Shown here one piece after another: positions 1 through 12,464 of a stretch of DNA of 64,000 nucleotides. Below the pieces are notes generated by a model. It saw only the letters and a program-made list of their open reading frames with translations, had not been told where the DNA came from and did not search any database. The stretch comes from Eledone cirrhosa (taxonomy: Eukaryota), in contig OZ024740.1 in assembly GCA_964016885.1 (NCBI GenBank), forward strand, positions 387,004,001 to 387,068,000, in the 5' to 3' direction. The translations under genes and the position numbers were made by a program. Each line of letters begins with the position of its first letter. The stretch's first letter is position 1.

Positions 1-524
1 CTATGAAAGAAAACCTGTGAAAAAGAAAACCCAACTGGTACCAGGCTCCAAAACTTGGTCAAGACTGATCAAAATGGAGACGGATTGTGGCCCTTTACTG
101 TACATCAGCTGGAGGAACAATGAAGGTAAGGTAAAGATATGCTTTGATTTTATGCCATTTTGTTTTATGCTGAGTGACAATAACACCAGTTCCAAATTTA
201 CCCAAGTTATTCGTACATTTACCATGGCATCACCTGTGCAGTTTTGATCAATCAATATAAAGTTAATGAGAGCATTCATAGATTGATCATTTCATTTCAT
301 TTACACAATGAATTTGTATATTATCCTTTGTTTTGAATTGATGCCCGTTATATACCTTAACAATTCATATGCAAAAGCTTGTACAGCGGTTATTCATTTC
401 TGAATAAGTGTTATTTAGCTACTTCAAGAGGTATTTTGTGATTTAATGGTGATTACAAGCAGTAATCACTGTTTACTGTTCATTGGGTATCTGGCCATTT
501 TAAAATGAAGTTATGTAATAATTC

Positions 525-735
525 TAACATTGGCACAAGGCCAGCAATGCTGTAGGTGTGGGGAAAGTCACCAAGGATACATAGTACTTAACTGGTACTT
601 TTTTATTGACCCTAGGAGGATGAAAAGCAAAGTTGACCACAGTTGGATTTGAACTCAGAATGAAGAACATCTTAACTAGTCACCACAAAGTATTTTGTCT
701 AACGATACCAATACTATCAATCCACCACCCCAAGG
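525..735 (-). mobile_element. Decayed tRNA-derived SINE (octopus OK-like)
   Basis: Reverse complement contains ctgagttcaaatcc (B-box-like) ...gtcaactttgcttttcatcc...aagtaccagt...ggccttgtgcc, homologous to the younger copies at 25595, 30612 and 31885. Confidence 0.7.
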
Positions 736-1104
736 CAAAGCTAACCTTGATGGGATTTGAATTCAGAACATAAAGGGACATAATTACATGCTGCAAAGCA
801 TATTGTCCGACACTAATAATAAGAATTAAAACAGAACAGTATGGTATCTAGAGGAAATTATTGAATCCAAATGCTCAAATTATAATAAAAAAAAAAAAAA
901 AAAAAAAAACCACCATAAACTTTTTGAAGATAAAATGGAAGTCATTAACCTAATGGTAAGTGGTGACTGCATGGCTAGTGTTTGTAGGGCTGTGATGTCT
1001 TTGTTGCTAAAAGGAAAATCATGAATGTAGAGTAAATAAAAAGTTCAATGAAAAAATTTACCAGAGTAAGTGTGATGCAAGAGAGTTAGTCTCATAATAA
1101 ATTA

Positions 1105-1138
1105 CCATATTTATTTATACATAAGCCGATAAATATGA

Positions 1139-1175
<37 letters not shown>

Positions 1176-1550
1176 GGTAAAATAGGGGTCAGCTTTTATT
1201 CACGGTATTTTACTGATTTTCACCAACTTCAAATTCTACATAAATGAGGGGCTATTTTCCTTTTAGAGGTGAATATTTCACAGGTTTCACTTTGGAGGTG
1301 AAATTTCTAGTATTTTTTGTGTTTTGAATGAATATTCCATTACGTAATGGAATCCTGAAACAAAAACTATACTCTAAATGACACTTAAAACATTTTAAAT
1401 ATCAAAATATTAAAACTTCATAAGTATATTCCCCATTCATGAGAATTTCAAAACAATACCATCTAAACATGTGTTGGTTAGCTGCCACGGCTTATAAACG
1501 GGGTTTGGACTTTTGCCCATAGTAGTTGGCTTATATTGGAATGTATATGG
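1105..1550. mobile_element. Non-autonomous Tc1/mariner (pogo/Tigger-like) MITE, TA target duplication
   Basis: ta|CCATAT...ATAAGCC at the left end and GGCTTATA...ATATGG|ta at the right end (imperfect TIRs). A second copy lies at ~9793-10447. Confidence 0.6.
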
Positions 1551-1744
1551 TAATGAAGAAGTTATTAATATTGTAGATGTAAAGTTTGAATTTGAAAAAA
1601 TAAAAACAACAGAAAAGCACTCTATTGAATCAAGTTGTTGAAGATTAACAGTGATGCTACAAAACTTACATTATTGACTTCAGTTCAGAACCAATATGGC
1701 TTGTATGTTGTTAATTGAGTTATTTTCTTTTAAATATTGATTTC

Positions 1745-1925
1745 TAATTTAGGTATAAGGTCAACAAAATTAGGGGAAGGGCAAAGTTGATTAAATCAAC
1801 CCCAGTACTTGACTGGTACTTTATTTTATCAACCCACAAAAGATAAAAGTTAAAGTTGACTTTGACAGAATTTGAACTCAGAACAAATACCACAATGGCA
1901 TTCTACCAATTTTGCCAGCCCGTAT
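1745..1925 (-). mobile_element. Decayed OK-like SINE
   Basis: actggtactttattttatcaaccc...aaagttgac...gaatttgaactcagaac, the same motifs as the other copies. Confidence 0.65.
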
Positions 1926-2594
1926 TAAAATGTAAATGTACATTAAAATGATTTCAAGAATAAAAAAAAAAAAAATTGTGGATGCCTGGAATGCTTCCCA
2001 ATTTGCTTCATAATATAATGGATTGAATATGTGACAATTTCGTTTATGCCGCTATATTTACGAGCATGTCCCCAACCTAAAATTAGAGCAACTTTTGTGC
2101 ATGTAATCTCACTAATACTTGGACAGAGATAAAAGACAAATTTTAACCCTTTCTTTACTATATTTCTAATGAAAGACACTGAAAATAATTAAGCTGGTGT
2201 TTGGAAGGTTCTTACATAGAATTATGAGAGTTCTTTTGGTAAATACAAACACTAGAAAATAAACAGTTTTAGGTCACAGAACCAGAATCAGTTTCATGTG
2301 GTTTTTCTATCAAAGGGCTTAACTTAAACAATTGATAATTCAGCCCAAATATCATATAACTGCTACTTAAATAAATTCAGTTTTTGAGGAATTGAAAGCT
2401 CCAAAAATTTACTTTATCTTTGGTAAATATATTAAATTAACATTTGAAGAAAATAATTTTCTTTTTAACAACAATACATACAAATATTAGCTGATAGAAG
2501 TTGATATGATAACTATAAACATTTGGAAACCATGAGGAGATAAAAGTATCATTTAGAAAAATAATCCTTCATTGAGGAAAGAAAAATGATTTAA

Positions 2595-2836
2595 CCCTTT
2601 AGCATTTAAACCAGCTGTATCCGGCCAAAATTCTCATATCTTTCTGTTCAAACCGGCTGTATCCGGCCAGAATTCTCTCACCCCTTTCTGTTCAAACCAG
2701 CCATAACTGGCCACTCATACTCATGTTAAGGTATTGTTCTCAAAATAAATAATATCAAAATCTTATAGATTCAATATTATGTGGGATAATTATGTGAAAA
2801 CAATAGTAAATATAGAGTAATGTGAACACTAAAGGG
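2595..2836. mobile_element. piggyBac-type MITE (TTAA TSD)
   Basis: TTAA|CCCTTTAG...CTAAAGGG|TTAA; internal sequence shared with 10064-10291 and 22249-22455. Confidence 0.75.
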
Positions 2837-2889
2837 TTAAATGTTTATGCTAGCACTAAGAATGCAACAGACCTACATCGGTTTCAACA

Positions 2890-3200
2890 ATGAGTGTTCC
2901 AGTTTTTCGATGAATGGAACAGCTTGTTCATGAAATTAACAAGTGACTGAGTATTCCATAGACATGTGTACCCTTAACATAATTTTCTGGGAGATTCACC
3001 ATGAGATAGTATTTGAATTACAGGCACACACCATCCAACAGGCTTCCAAACAAATTCTGTCAACTCAATTTCACTCACAAAGATTGGGCTGACCCCAGAC
3101 TATGGTGACTAATACATGCCCAAGATGCCATGCAGTAGGATTGAACCTGGGGCCTTATGATTGTGAAGCAAACCTTAACTAATCAGCCATGCTGCTTCTA
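2890..3200 (-). mobile_element. Decayed tRNA-derived SINE (OR/CORE-like)
   Basis: Reverse complement gives gcatggctgattagttaagg...cacaatcataagg...ggttcaatcc...tcttgggca, similar to the SINE at 15628. Confidence 0.5.
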
Positions 3201-4574
3201 CAACACTGAGAATATCACTTTGCAGAATATGTGGGAGAGAAAAAAGATAAGAGGGAATGATTAAGGGAAAATTAAAGAATAAGAATTTAAGAGAAGAGAA
3301 CTGATCAAGATGTTACAACTGTCTTCTTCCAGGCCAAGTGAGCACTGTCCAGCATTACTCCCTTCCCCCTACTTTTCAGCAGTGCTCCCTCAGATTTAGA
3401 AAATTTACGGTGATATACTTAGTCTGAAATTCTACATTAGAATTATTGTAAATTACAGTGCCCCCCTGTGTGTTCTAAGGGAACTGGCAGTGGAGGCTCG
3501 ATATGATGGCTTCATCTGCTAGAAATAGCAGTCAAATCACACCCACAGCCTTAATAGTTGAAGGACACATTGGATAATGCAGTCCTGGATATACTATATT
3601 TGAAAGAAAAAAGATTAGATGATCATCCCTAGAACAACATTGATCATTGGTTTGCTGATTTGATGCTAAAAACAACAACTTAACAGTATTTAAACTCAGT
3701 TTTCACTGGGGGATCAGCTTTGTCTTTTAACACTTCTGGATTAATAAAAGATGTACCAGTAATATGAGGCCAATCCAATGTATTTAGACACCATCTCTTG
3801 CTAAATTCATTTTGTGCTAGGACGTAAAATATCAATAATTGTAAAAGTGGAAAACATAGTAAAAAGCAATTGAGAGATGGGCAGAGAGAAAATAACTAAA
3901 AAATGACAGTGAAAAGAAATTATTTTGAAAAAAAAAAAAGGAAGAAATTCATAGGACTAAATTTCAGTTCTTACATATAAACACATGGACACACATTTTC
4001 AGGTGCTGGCATTTTTTCTTTTACTTTTTACATCTAGAGGACAGGCATTGCTCAAGACCTTGAAAGGGCCAGTCTTTGAAACGTGGTCCTAACTACTCCG
4101 AAAATGCATGTTCGTTATGAGAAATACTCAGTGATAATAAGGTTTAACATTTGGAATAATAACAAGGGCTCTAGTTACATGCTGCTCATCTTTATGGAGG
4201 ATGATGTGCAATGATGTTTTTCTTTATATGAAGACATTTTGATAGTACACCCTGTAATGGGGTTGGTGTTAAAAATGGCACCCGGTCAAAGAAACCATGC
4301 CCAAAATGGAACAAATGGGCCGGATATGTTCAACTCCTTTACAAGGAGAGTAACTCTGAATAAGAACTAAGTTAGACCATGACAACCCGTATAAGCCATG
4401 CTATAAAATGATGATAATGATGATTTAGTCTGATTCTTTATTTCTAACTCTCAACCGTATCTATCATTGTCACTACTCCCCATTCCATTTTCTCAATCAA
4501 TTTAGCATATATACTCAAATATAAGCTGACTTCCGCTACCTATTCTATGTATAAGAAATGGGCAAGAATCCAAA

Positions 4575-5520
4575 CCTAAAATCAGCAGGCTTCAAAATAA
4601 ACTTAGGAAAGAGTGAAGTTCTAGTGAGTAGGAAAAAAGACAGGATTATGGCACCATCTCTACTTGATATGCAGAAAAAGATGAAGTACAAAATCCATAC
4701 AATGTACTCAGTGTACACTATGGAGGCACTAGTCGGATCACAGGTTGGTTAGCAAAGAAGGTAGATTTCATATGCAGCAGATACACAAGACCAGTAAACA
4801 GTAAGAGCACACATGAAATAAGAGTCTTTCAAATGATCAGAAGGCTCCCTAGAAGTATTTGATAATTTCTGTTAGCTAGGTAACCTAAACAGTAGTGTGA
4901 ATAGGTGCTCTGAAACCATAGTAGCCATAATAAGAATGGGGTGGAAAAGGTTCACAGTGTAATCACCTCTGCTGGTAACAATGGGTTTTGCTCTTAAAGC
5001 GAGGGGCAAATTTAATGATACTTGTGTGTGAAGGATGATATGAATGGTAGCAAGACATGGGCTTTGAATGTAGAGAATTTGCAAACATTAGAGGGAAACA
5101 AAGCAAGCATACTCTACTGGATGTATAATGTTATTGAGCATGATCAATTGTGAAGAAATGAGTAGAGAGAAAAACTGGCTATAAAAAGAATCAGATGCAG
5201 TATACAAGAGAGATGAGCAGTGCCAGATTTAGGACAAAAGAGATCCTGTGCTAGTTAAGTTATGAGGCCTCTTACTTGAGCTCTGAAGGAGGTCAAACAT
5301 TTTTTTGGCAAGAAGATGGGCATCCCCTGGCCAACAGGACCCTGTGCTTAAGCACACCTAAGCATAATGGTAAATCCAGCACTGGAGATGAGTATGCTAG
5401 TACAGGTATGTGGTGTATATGGAAATGAGAGGTGCAAGAGAAGTGTTGAGCACACACACTGGATGGAAACTGTGAAAAAGGAAGACCTATGACAACATGA
5501 AGCTGAATCTCATAAAAAGA
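4575..5520 (+). mobile_element. Old degenerate RTE LINE 3' fragment
   Basis: Residual peptides (GFKINLGKSEVLV; IRMGWKRF; GRP) match the RT C-terminal region of the intact RTE at 39.7-42.8 kb; many stops. Confidence 0.65.
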
Positions 5521-5654
5521 TGACACATGGCTATGATAATTGGTGGCATGTGGTGCTGATGAAGACCTCCACACCATGTGCAGGCATGTGGTGCTGATGA
5601 AGACCTCCACACCATGTGCAGGCATGGTGAAACAAATGTTAAATTGTGGTAATA

Positions 5655-5840
5655 ATTGTTTCTACTTTTGGCACAAGGTCAGCAATTATCCCAGTGCATT
5701 ACTGGTACTTTATTTTATCGACCCCGTAAGGATGAAAGGCAAAGTTAACCTTGGCGGAATTTGAAACCAGATCATAAAGGGCAATAACTCCATGCTGCAA
5801 AGCATGGCGTCCGACCCTCCACTGATACTGCCAATCCATA
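5655..5840 (-). mobile_element. OK-like SINE
   Basis: tttctacttttggcacaagg...gaccccgtaaggatgaaaggcaaagttaaccttggcggaatttgaa...cgtccgaccctc, the reverse complement of the 25595/31885 copies. Confidence 0.8.
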
Positions 5841-6439
5841 GGAATTGGTATGTATAATATGGTTACATTTGGGTCTTTTGACCATTATATTCCTATTATG
5901 TCGCCATATTCTATTCATTCCTCTTTGATAACTTATCTATCACACACCCTCAGTCCCAATGAGGGACTACTTCAGATATGCCAACCCTTTCTCCCATCAC
6001 AATGCTTATGTAATGAGGGGATGCATTGAACGTGTCCAATCTCTCCTACTGGCACAGTTTTGTATTATTAGCCCTCACTCTCTGCTCCTCAGCTCACCCA
6101 TCATTGACATCCATAAATCTTTATGGAACTCACACCCAGCTCTGTTTAATATCCACTATTTGGTTGCACTATCTTCTCAGCAAATATATAGCTGCCATCA
6201 ATGTCTATCCTTCTTTACCACCAGCTTACTCCAATCACTCTTTCCCCCTTCATACTCTGTCTTCTTTCATCCTCTTGTCCAGGTTTATCTTGTTATAGTT
6301 CTCTTTTTTTCACACAGTTGGCCATTTTGCCTTGATAAAATGGAGATAACAGGGTAGTAAGAACTCTCTAAACTTCTGGGGTACAAGGAAATTTCTTTAT
6401 AATGCTAGTGCCAAGGTAAAATACATTCACTACACTCTG

Positions 6440-8075
6440 TAAAGAGATTGGCAATTGAACAGAGACAATATAGGTCTGATGTACACAATGTAAATCTTGG
6501 GTACACAGATGTATTGGGATAATTGGTAGACTAACAGGAAGGGAAGACTTTGTTAGTAGAAGATGCATAGGGGTAAACAAGGGGAAGATAGCAAGTGATA
6601 TAAACCTATTCCAGTCACAGGAAGGACCCATAGAATTGGTTGATAGCTTCTGCTATGTAGGCAACATAATAAACAATAGAGGAAGGTGCTCTGAGAACAC
6701 AGCTAGAATAAGGATAGGATAGAAGAAGTATAGAGAGCTACTCCCACTGTTGACCACAAAAGTTTCCCTACATACAAAAGGACGAATGTATGTCGCTTGT
6801 GTGCGAAGTGCAATGCTGCATGGTAGTGAAACATGGGCTGTGACTGCAGAAGACATGTAAACAGGAGAGAAATGAAGAAACCATGCTCCATTGGATGTGC
6901 AATGAAAATGTGAGAGAAAGGCAGAGCTTGGACGAGTTGAGGGACAAGCTAGGTTTATGAGGAATCTGAGGTGGTGTGCAGGAAAGAAGATTGCATTGGT
7001 TTGGACATGTGATGTGCATGGACAATGGTTGTTGGGTGAAGCAGTGCCAGGAAATTAGTGGAAAGAAGCCACAATAGAGGTAGACCAAGAAAGACCTGGG
7101 CAGAGGTTGTGAGAGTCGACCTCAAATCATTGAGACTCACAGAGGAGATGACAAAGGATCGTGATATGAGGAGAGATGTTGTGCTGGGAAGGACCCATCT
7201 ACAACCATACAAGCATGGAAAAGCAGATGTAAAAACAATGATGATGAACAGAACTTAGAATCATAAAGGCTGAGAGTAAACTGAGCAAAAACCGAAGTAT
7301 AAATAACTAGGAAAGAAGATAGAGCCCTAATCTCTTCAGGAAAGTGACCTTGCACGATATATAGAAAAGGAGTAAGCATAAACTCTATACAATATTCACA
7401 AGACAAATCTTGTGTACACAAGAGGTGTAGAGAGATAAAAGGCAGACTTTGTGTGTTCAGACTTAGATGTTCAAGGTCAATTGATAGTAAGAATGCCAAT
7501 GATATAAACCTTTTCTAATCTCAAGAAGGATCCATAGAAGTAGTTGATAGTTTCTGCTACCTAGGTGATATAATTAGGAGTGGAAGAAGGTGCTCCAACA
7601 GCAAAATAGCTAGAATAAGGATAGGATGGAACAAAGGTTTCTCCCTATGAATGAAAGGTTGGCTGTATGATGCCTGTGTGTGAGGCTGCATGGTAGTGAG
7701 ACATAGGCAGTGAACGCAGAGGACATGTGAAGGTTGGAGAGAAATGAGGCAAGCAGATTTCGATGGATGTGCAATGTTAATGTGTGAGAACTACAAAGCA
7801 AGAAGAATCAGATGTAGTGTGCAAGAGAGGAGATTGTGAAGGTATGGACATGTATAATGAACGCTGGGTGAAGAAATGCCAAGTACTCCCAGTGGAGGGA
7901 AGCCACAGTTGAGCGATACCAAGGAAGCATCGGGCAGAAGTGATGAGAGCTGATCTGAAATTGCTGAAACTCACAGAAGAGATGACAAATGAATGCATCA
8001 AATAGAGGGACATACTGACAAGGGATCGTTTAACTCGTGCAAGTGTGGAACAGCAAATGTAAAATGATGATGAGG
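6440..8075 (+). mobile_element. Two tandem degenerate RTE LINE 3' fragments (~6440-7245 and ~7255-8075)
   Basis: Both carry remnants of VDSFCYLG, AMLHGSETWA, ERRL.W.GHV and GRPRKTW, and end in (GAT)n-like tails. Confidence 0.75.
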
Positions 8076-9252
8076 ATACAAAAAACAATAAATGTTTAAT
8101 AGATTTTATTAAAAGATGCCTTATCCCATGGAAATTTTTCATAGAACCCTAGGATTCCTTTGAACCGACAATGGGCAACACTGGTGTAGAGAATGTATGT
8201 ATTTCAAAAGATTATAATAATATCAGTTTTGTTCAGGAATAACAAATAATATTCCTCATAATAGTTTTCGGGTTTAGGAAAAATAAATAGGAAGTTGTAG
8301 CATTCATGCTTTTCCAAAAACAGTAGAACAATAAGTAAATTTTGTCTGGTCAAGAATGAAAGCCAAGCTGCATGCTACATCCTCTAACAATGTTTCAATG
8401 CCTTACATATCTGCTGCAATAAAGGCAATAACACATCAGATTTCTACTTAACATGAACAGTATTTTATAATGCAGTTCACTAGAGCTCAATAAATATTTC
8501 ACAACCAGACAATATAGTATGAACAGAAATAAACCTTATGAATTATCGAAGTGCTGAGAGTGTTTGAAATTTGAAAATGTGAGCATCCCAAATGCAGAAA
8601 ATAACTATAACAGTTGATCACAATAAATATTTGAGAAAAAGGTCTCAACTATTATCTATAGTGATTGACTTATTACAGTTATTTTCTGCATTTAGGACTC
8701 TAAAATGTTCATATTATAACATAGTATGGCTACAGACAGGAAGAAATATAATTTAACAATGTTATTCCTGTATTTGCATATATTTCAATATGGTAACACG
8801 AGAAAAGAATTCTGCAAGCAATATTTTTCCCACGAGTTATAGGTTTAGATCTCTGCTATACAGATGAAATCAATCATGTATTTTGTCCTCAAACATCTGG
8901 CAACATGGAATAGAATTTAGCTTTGAAAGATTTAGAAGATTTTACTGTATTTAGTAGTGACATATGTCACACAAGCAACAAAGTTATGATGACATGTTGG
9001 CTTCCTCTCACATCATTATAAATTGATAGCAATAAAACTAGAATATGAGAGCCTGTACATATATGAAGTGGTAGTTTATTATTTTAGAGTTTATAGTGAC
9101 ACCTGCAGTCAAAACAACAGCCACAAACAAAGCTAGTGACAGTATTAGAAACAAGGAAAAAATTAAAAAAAGTTATGTAATGTTAACAAGTATTAAAGTA
9201 TAGGGTTAAGTACATTGTTAGATAGGTATAAAAACTGTTTGGAAAGAATTAC

Positions 9253-9359
9253 CTCTTTGCTTGCATCACTTAAAAACAATCCATTCTTAATATTGGATTG
9301 TTCTCCATCCTCTTCAACATTCTTGAACTCAATATTCCCATAGTCATTTATTCTATGAC
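9253..9359 (-). CDS. ARG: Arginase coding exon (next exon): (G)HRINDYGNIEFKNVEEDGEQSNIKNGLFLSDASKE
   Basis: ttgttttgtAG|GTCATAGAATAAATGACTATGGG...AGCAAAGAG|GTaatt; 107 bp. Phase 1 joins in frame to the 73-bp exon (G+GT=Gly). Matches arginase CDVKDYGDLPF...VKNPRSVGKASEQ. Confidence 0.85.
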
Positions 9360-9792
9360 CTACAAAACAACAGAAATATTTTGTAATACATATATGAAAC
9401 ATTATAGGTGTTGAACTAATGAGGTAGGTGGCTCAAACTTGTAGAAATAGCAGCCAAATTACACCCTATTATAAAAAGGACACAAGATAATGTAGTACTA
9501 GATACAATATTTCTGAAAAAAAAAAAAAAAAAAAAAAGGTTGTGTCATCATGGCCAGAATACCTTTGATCATAAGTCTGCCTGATCACGATTGTCCTGGG
9601 GCTAAATAGTTTAGAGAAAAACACTTTATATTCAGTTGCAATAAAAGCTAACTGTAGGCTATCTCTCTTTTCCTCAGTCTTTCTCCTTTTCACCTTCCTC
9701 CACATCAACCTGCTATAAAGTGTGGGAGAAGGGATTTTAAAACTATACCATTATTTGAAATATTATATTAAACACAAATCAAGATAAGATAT

Positions 9793-10447
9793 ACTATGTA
9801 TACCCATATATAAGCCAAGAGATATATGTGACCAAAAAAAAAAAAAAGAATGATTCGAGGTCAATATTTTGCTGATTTTCACCAACTTCAAAATTCTACA
9901 TAAATGAGGTGCTAATATATTTTTGTTTTGGAGGTAAAATTCATTTCTAATGTATTTTGAATGAATATGGCCTTCAAGCGATTAGAAATTGGTAAAAAAA
10001 AAATCATTACACAATGGAGTTCTGAAACAAAAGCTACACTAAATGACACTTAAAACATTAAAACCCTTTAGCATTTACATTATTCTATAAATACTATTGT
10101 ATTTTCACAGTAAAGGTTTTATCTTACATAATCATCAATCATCTCACATAATATCGAATCTACCAGATTTTGAAGTTATTTATTTTTAGAACAATACCTT
10201 AATGTCAGTATGAATGGCCAGTTGTGGCCGGTTTGAACAGAAAGATGTGAGAGACTTCTGGCCAGATACAACCAGTTTAAATGCTAAAGGGTTAAATATT
10301 AAAACTTCATAGATATATTCTCCACTCATGAAAATTTCAAAACCCAGCCATTCAAACATTGTGTTGATAAGCTACCTTGGCTTATACACAGGGTTTGGTT
10401 ATTGCCCAGACACAAAATAGAGGGTTGGTTTATATTCAAGTATAAAC
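9793..10447. mobile_element. Second copy of the pogo/Tigger-like MITE, interrupted by a piggyBac MITE
   Basis: Shares ctgattttcaccaacttcaaa, ctaaatgacacttaaaacatt and atattaaaacttcata blocks with 1105-1550. Confidence 0.6.
10064..10291. mobile_element. piggyBac-type MITE (opposite orientation to 2595 copy)
   Basis: CCCTTTAGCATTTA...TAAATGCTAAAGGG|TTAA terminal inverted repeats. Confidence 0.75.
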
Positions 10448-10769
10448 ATTGTCAACATCATGTAATATGCCCCAATGATGGCTATTTATTGATCAAAATA
10501 TGATCATAATTATACCTATAACTTCATTATAAATTATTTTACAAGTGATGATGAAAATTAACTTTATAGTAGATAACCTTATAGTTAATTCTTATAACAT
10601 AGGTTATAATTGTATAATTAGAGTGTTTATGTGTGGGAGGAAGATGAAGACTCAATATAGCTAGAGGTGTGACAGCTCAACTAGGAGAACAGTAACACCA
10701 AATATATAAAACTATGTGGTGGACATGAACTCTACAAGCCACAGCACGGCTACCTCTATAGGAAAGCAG

Positions 10770-11070
10770 TCATCATTTTTGTGTTCAGTTTTCCATGCTT
10801 TCATGTGTTGGACAGGCCTTTTTCAACACTACTTCCCTCTACATTGCATTTGTCATCTTTTATGTGAGGTTCAGCATTTTGGAATCAACTTCTCTCACCA
10901 TTCTCATTCCCTCTACCTAGGTTTTCTTTGGCCTTTCTCTACTGCAACTAGCAGCACTTCTTCACCTAATGTTCATACTCCATGCATATCTCATGGCCAT
11001 ACCAGCACAGTCTTCTCTCTTGCATACTACATCTGATTCCTCTTATACCCAGTATTTCTATCAGCTCATC
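10770..11070 (-). mobile_element. Degenerate RTE 3' fragment
   Basis: Reverse complement of the ERRL.WYGH region plus the 3' tail (ttttccatgct...catcat). Confidence 0.5.
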
Positions 11071-11612
11071 TATTGAAGCATACTTGCTTTGTTTCTCTCC
11101 AGCTGTCACATATCCTCTGCATTTACTGCACACATATCACTGCCAAGCAACACTACTTCTTATGCAGGCATTACACAGCTGGCCAGATTTCTAATAGTTG
11201 AGCTGAGTAGCAAAAGTGAGACAAAATAACTTATTTAAAAAAATACATAGAATCTATTAGAAACAGAGCATGTTTAAGTGTGACAAATCTTAAGATATTT
11301 GACATTTACTAAATTGAGTGAAAATGGCAAAAATAACCATTTTTCAAAAGCTTCAGGGAAGCAAACATTTGTTAAATTTCATGTCTACTAAAAGTAGCAA
11401 ATGTTTCATCCTCTGCTTTAGTATGATCTACTGAAACAATAAACGCTGCTTTCAGAGCAACCAGGTCAATAATTGCAAAGAAATTTGACATTAAGTTGGA
11501 TGGAATGAGGCAGATTTCTAACAGGTATGTTTTGTAGTAAAAATTAGACTTTTTTTTATATATGTAGAATCTATTAGAGACATATCTAACTATTATTATT
11601 GGGTGCAACAAA

Positions 11613-11740
11613 GGAGAGAGAGAGAGAGAGAGAGAGTGAGAGAGAGAGTGAGAGAGAGAGTGAGAGAGAGAGAGTGAGAGAGAGAGAGAGAGTGAGAGAG
11701 AGAGAGAGAGTGAGAGAGAGCAAGCGAGAGTGAGAGAAAG
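11613..11740. repeat. (GA)n / GAGAGT microsatellite
   Basis: Direct inspection. Confidence 0.95.
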
Positions 11741-12391
11741 ATAGAAAGCTGCATAGAATAAAATATTTCTTACAATACAGTCATATATATGACAGTCCTA
11801 AAAGATGATTAGGTAGCCACTTTAACTTTGAGCTTCTGATTCACTGAAAAATATCAATTCTGGGGATCTAACCTACAATCTTAATATGAGACTAACACCT
11901 CATCCACTTGGCCAGGTGATTTCTATAATAATGTTAGACCACTTTATAGAATGTATACTCCCAGTACACAATGTAAAGTGGTTGGAGATAAGAAGGGCAT
12001 CCAACCTTAGAAAAATTACCAAACAAAAAGTCACAAGGACTTTTCAGTTGTGTCAAAGACATGACAACTTCTCTAGTCCTGGTGTAAGCATCAAATGTAC
12101 CCAGTGCACTCTGTAGAGTGTGGGAATGTATGAAAGCAAGATGCAGGCCTCCAGTCTGTCTGTGAGGTTAGTAGTTCTGATTAAGTACTGACATGGTTTG
12201 TAATGACCAATCCAACTCTTGCTAGCAAAGAAAACATGTTAAATGATGATGATGATGATGATGATGACAATCTAAAAACTTTAAATCCTACAGATAATGT
12301 ATTTTCAAAGTTTTCTTGAGTTGGTAAAACATGTATTTACATGAAATAGAAAAAAATACCAATGAAATTATTAAACAAGTTATACCCATAC

Positions 12392-12464
12392 CTAAATTTT
12401 CTAAAGAAGTGATGAGACCATTATCTCTGAGAGCTTTGGGCCCAAGTTCCACACCTTGCTTTCC
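12392..12464 (-). CDS. ARG: Arginase coding exon (equivalent to vertebrate ARG1/ARG2 exon 2): GKQGVELGPKALRDNGLITSLENL(G)
   Basis: Minus strand reads tttttatccccAG|GGAAAGCAAGGTGTG...GAAAATTTAG|GTatgg, with canonical splice sites. The exon is 73 bp, phase 0 in and phase 1 out. The peptide aligns by eye to human ARG1 [24 protein letters not shown]. Confidence 0.88.

Noticed and set aside
1-136. Possible exon (open frame ending GAAG|GTAAG on +, or a CAG acceptor on -)
   Set aside because: Neither peptide resembles arginase or anything I recognise, and aaggtaaggtaa looks like a retroelement tail. It cannot be excluded without transcript data.
1975-2076. Minus-strand ttttag|GTTGGGGACATGCTCGT (GHAR) as a later arginase exon
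   Set aside because: GHAR is not followed by the obligatory W.DAH.D motif and there is no good donor site; a chance match.
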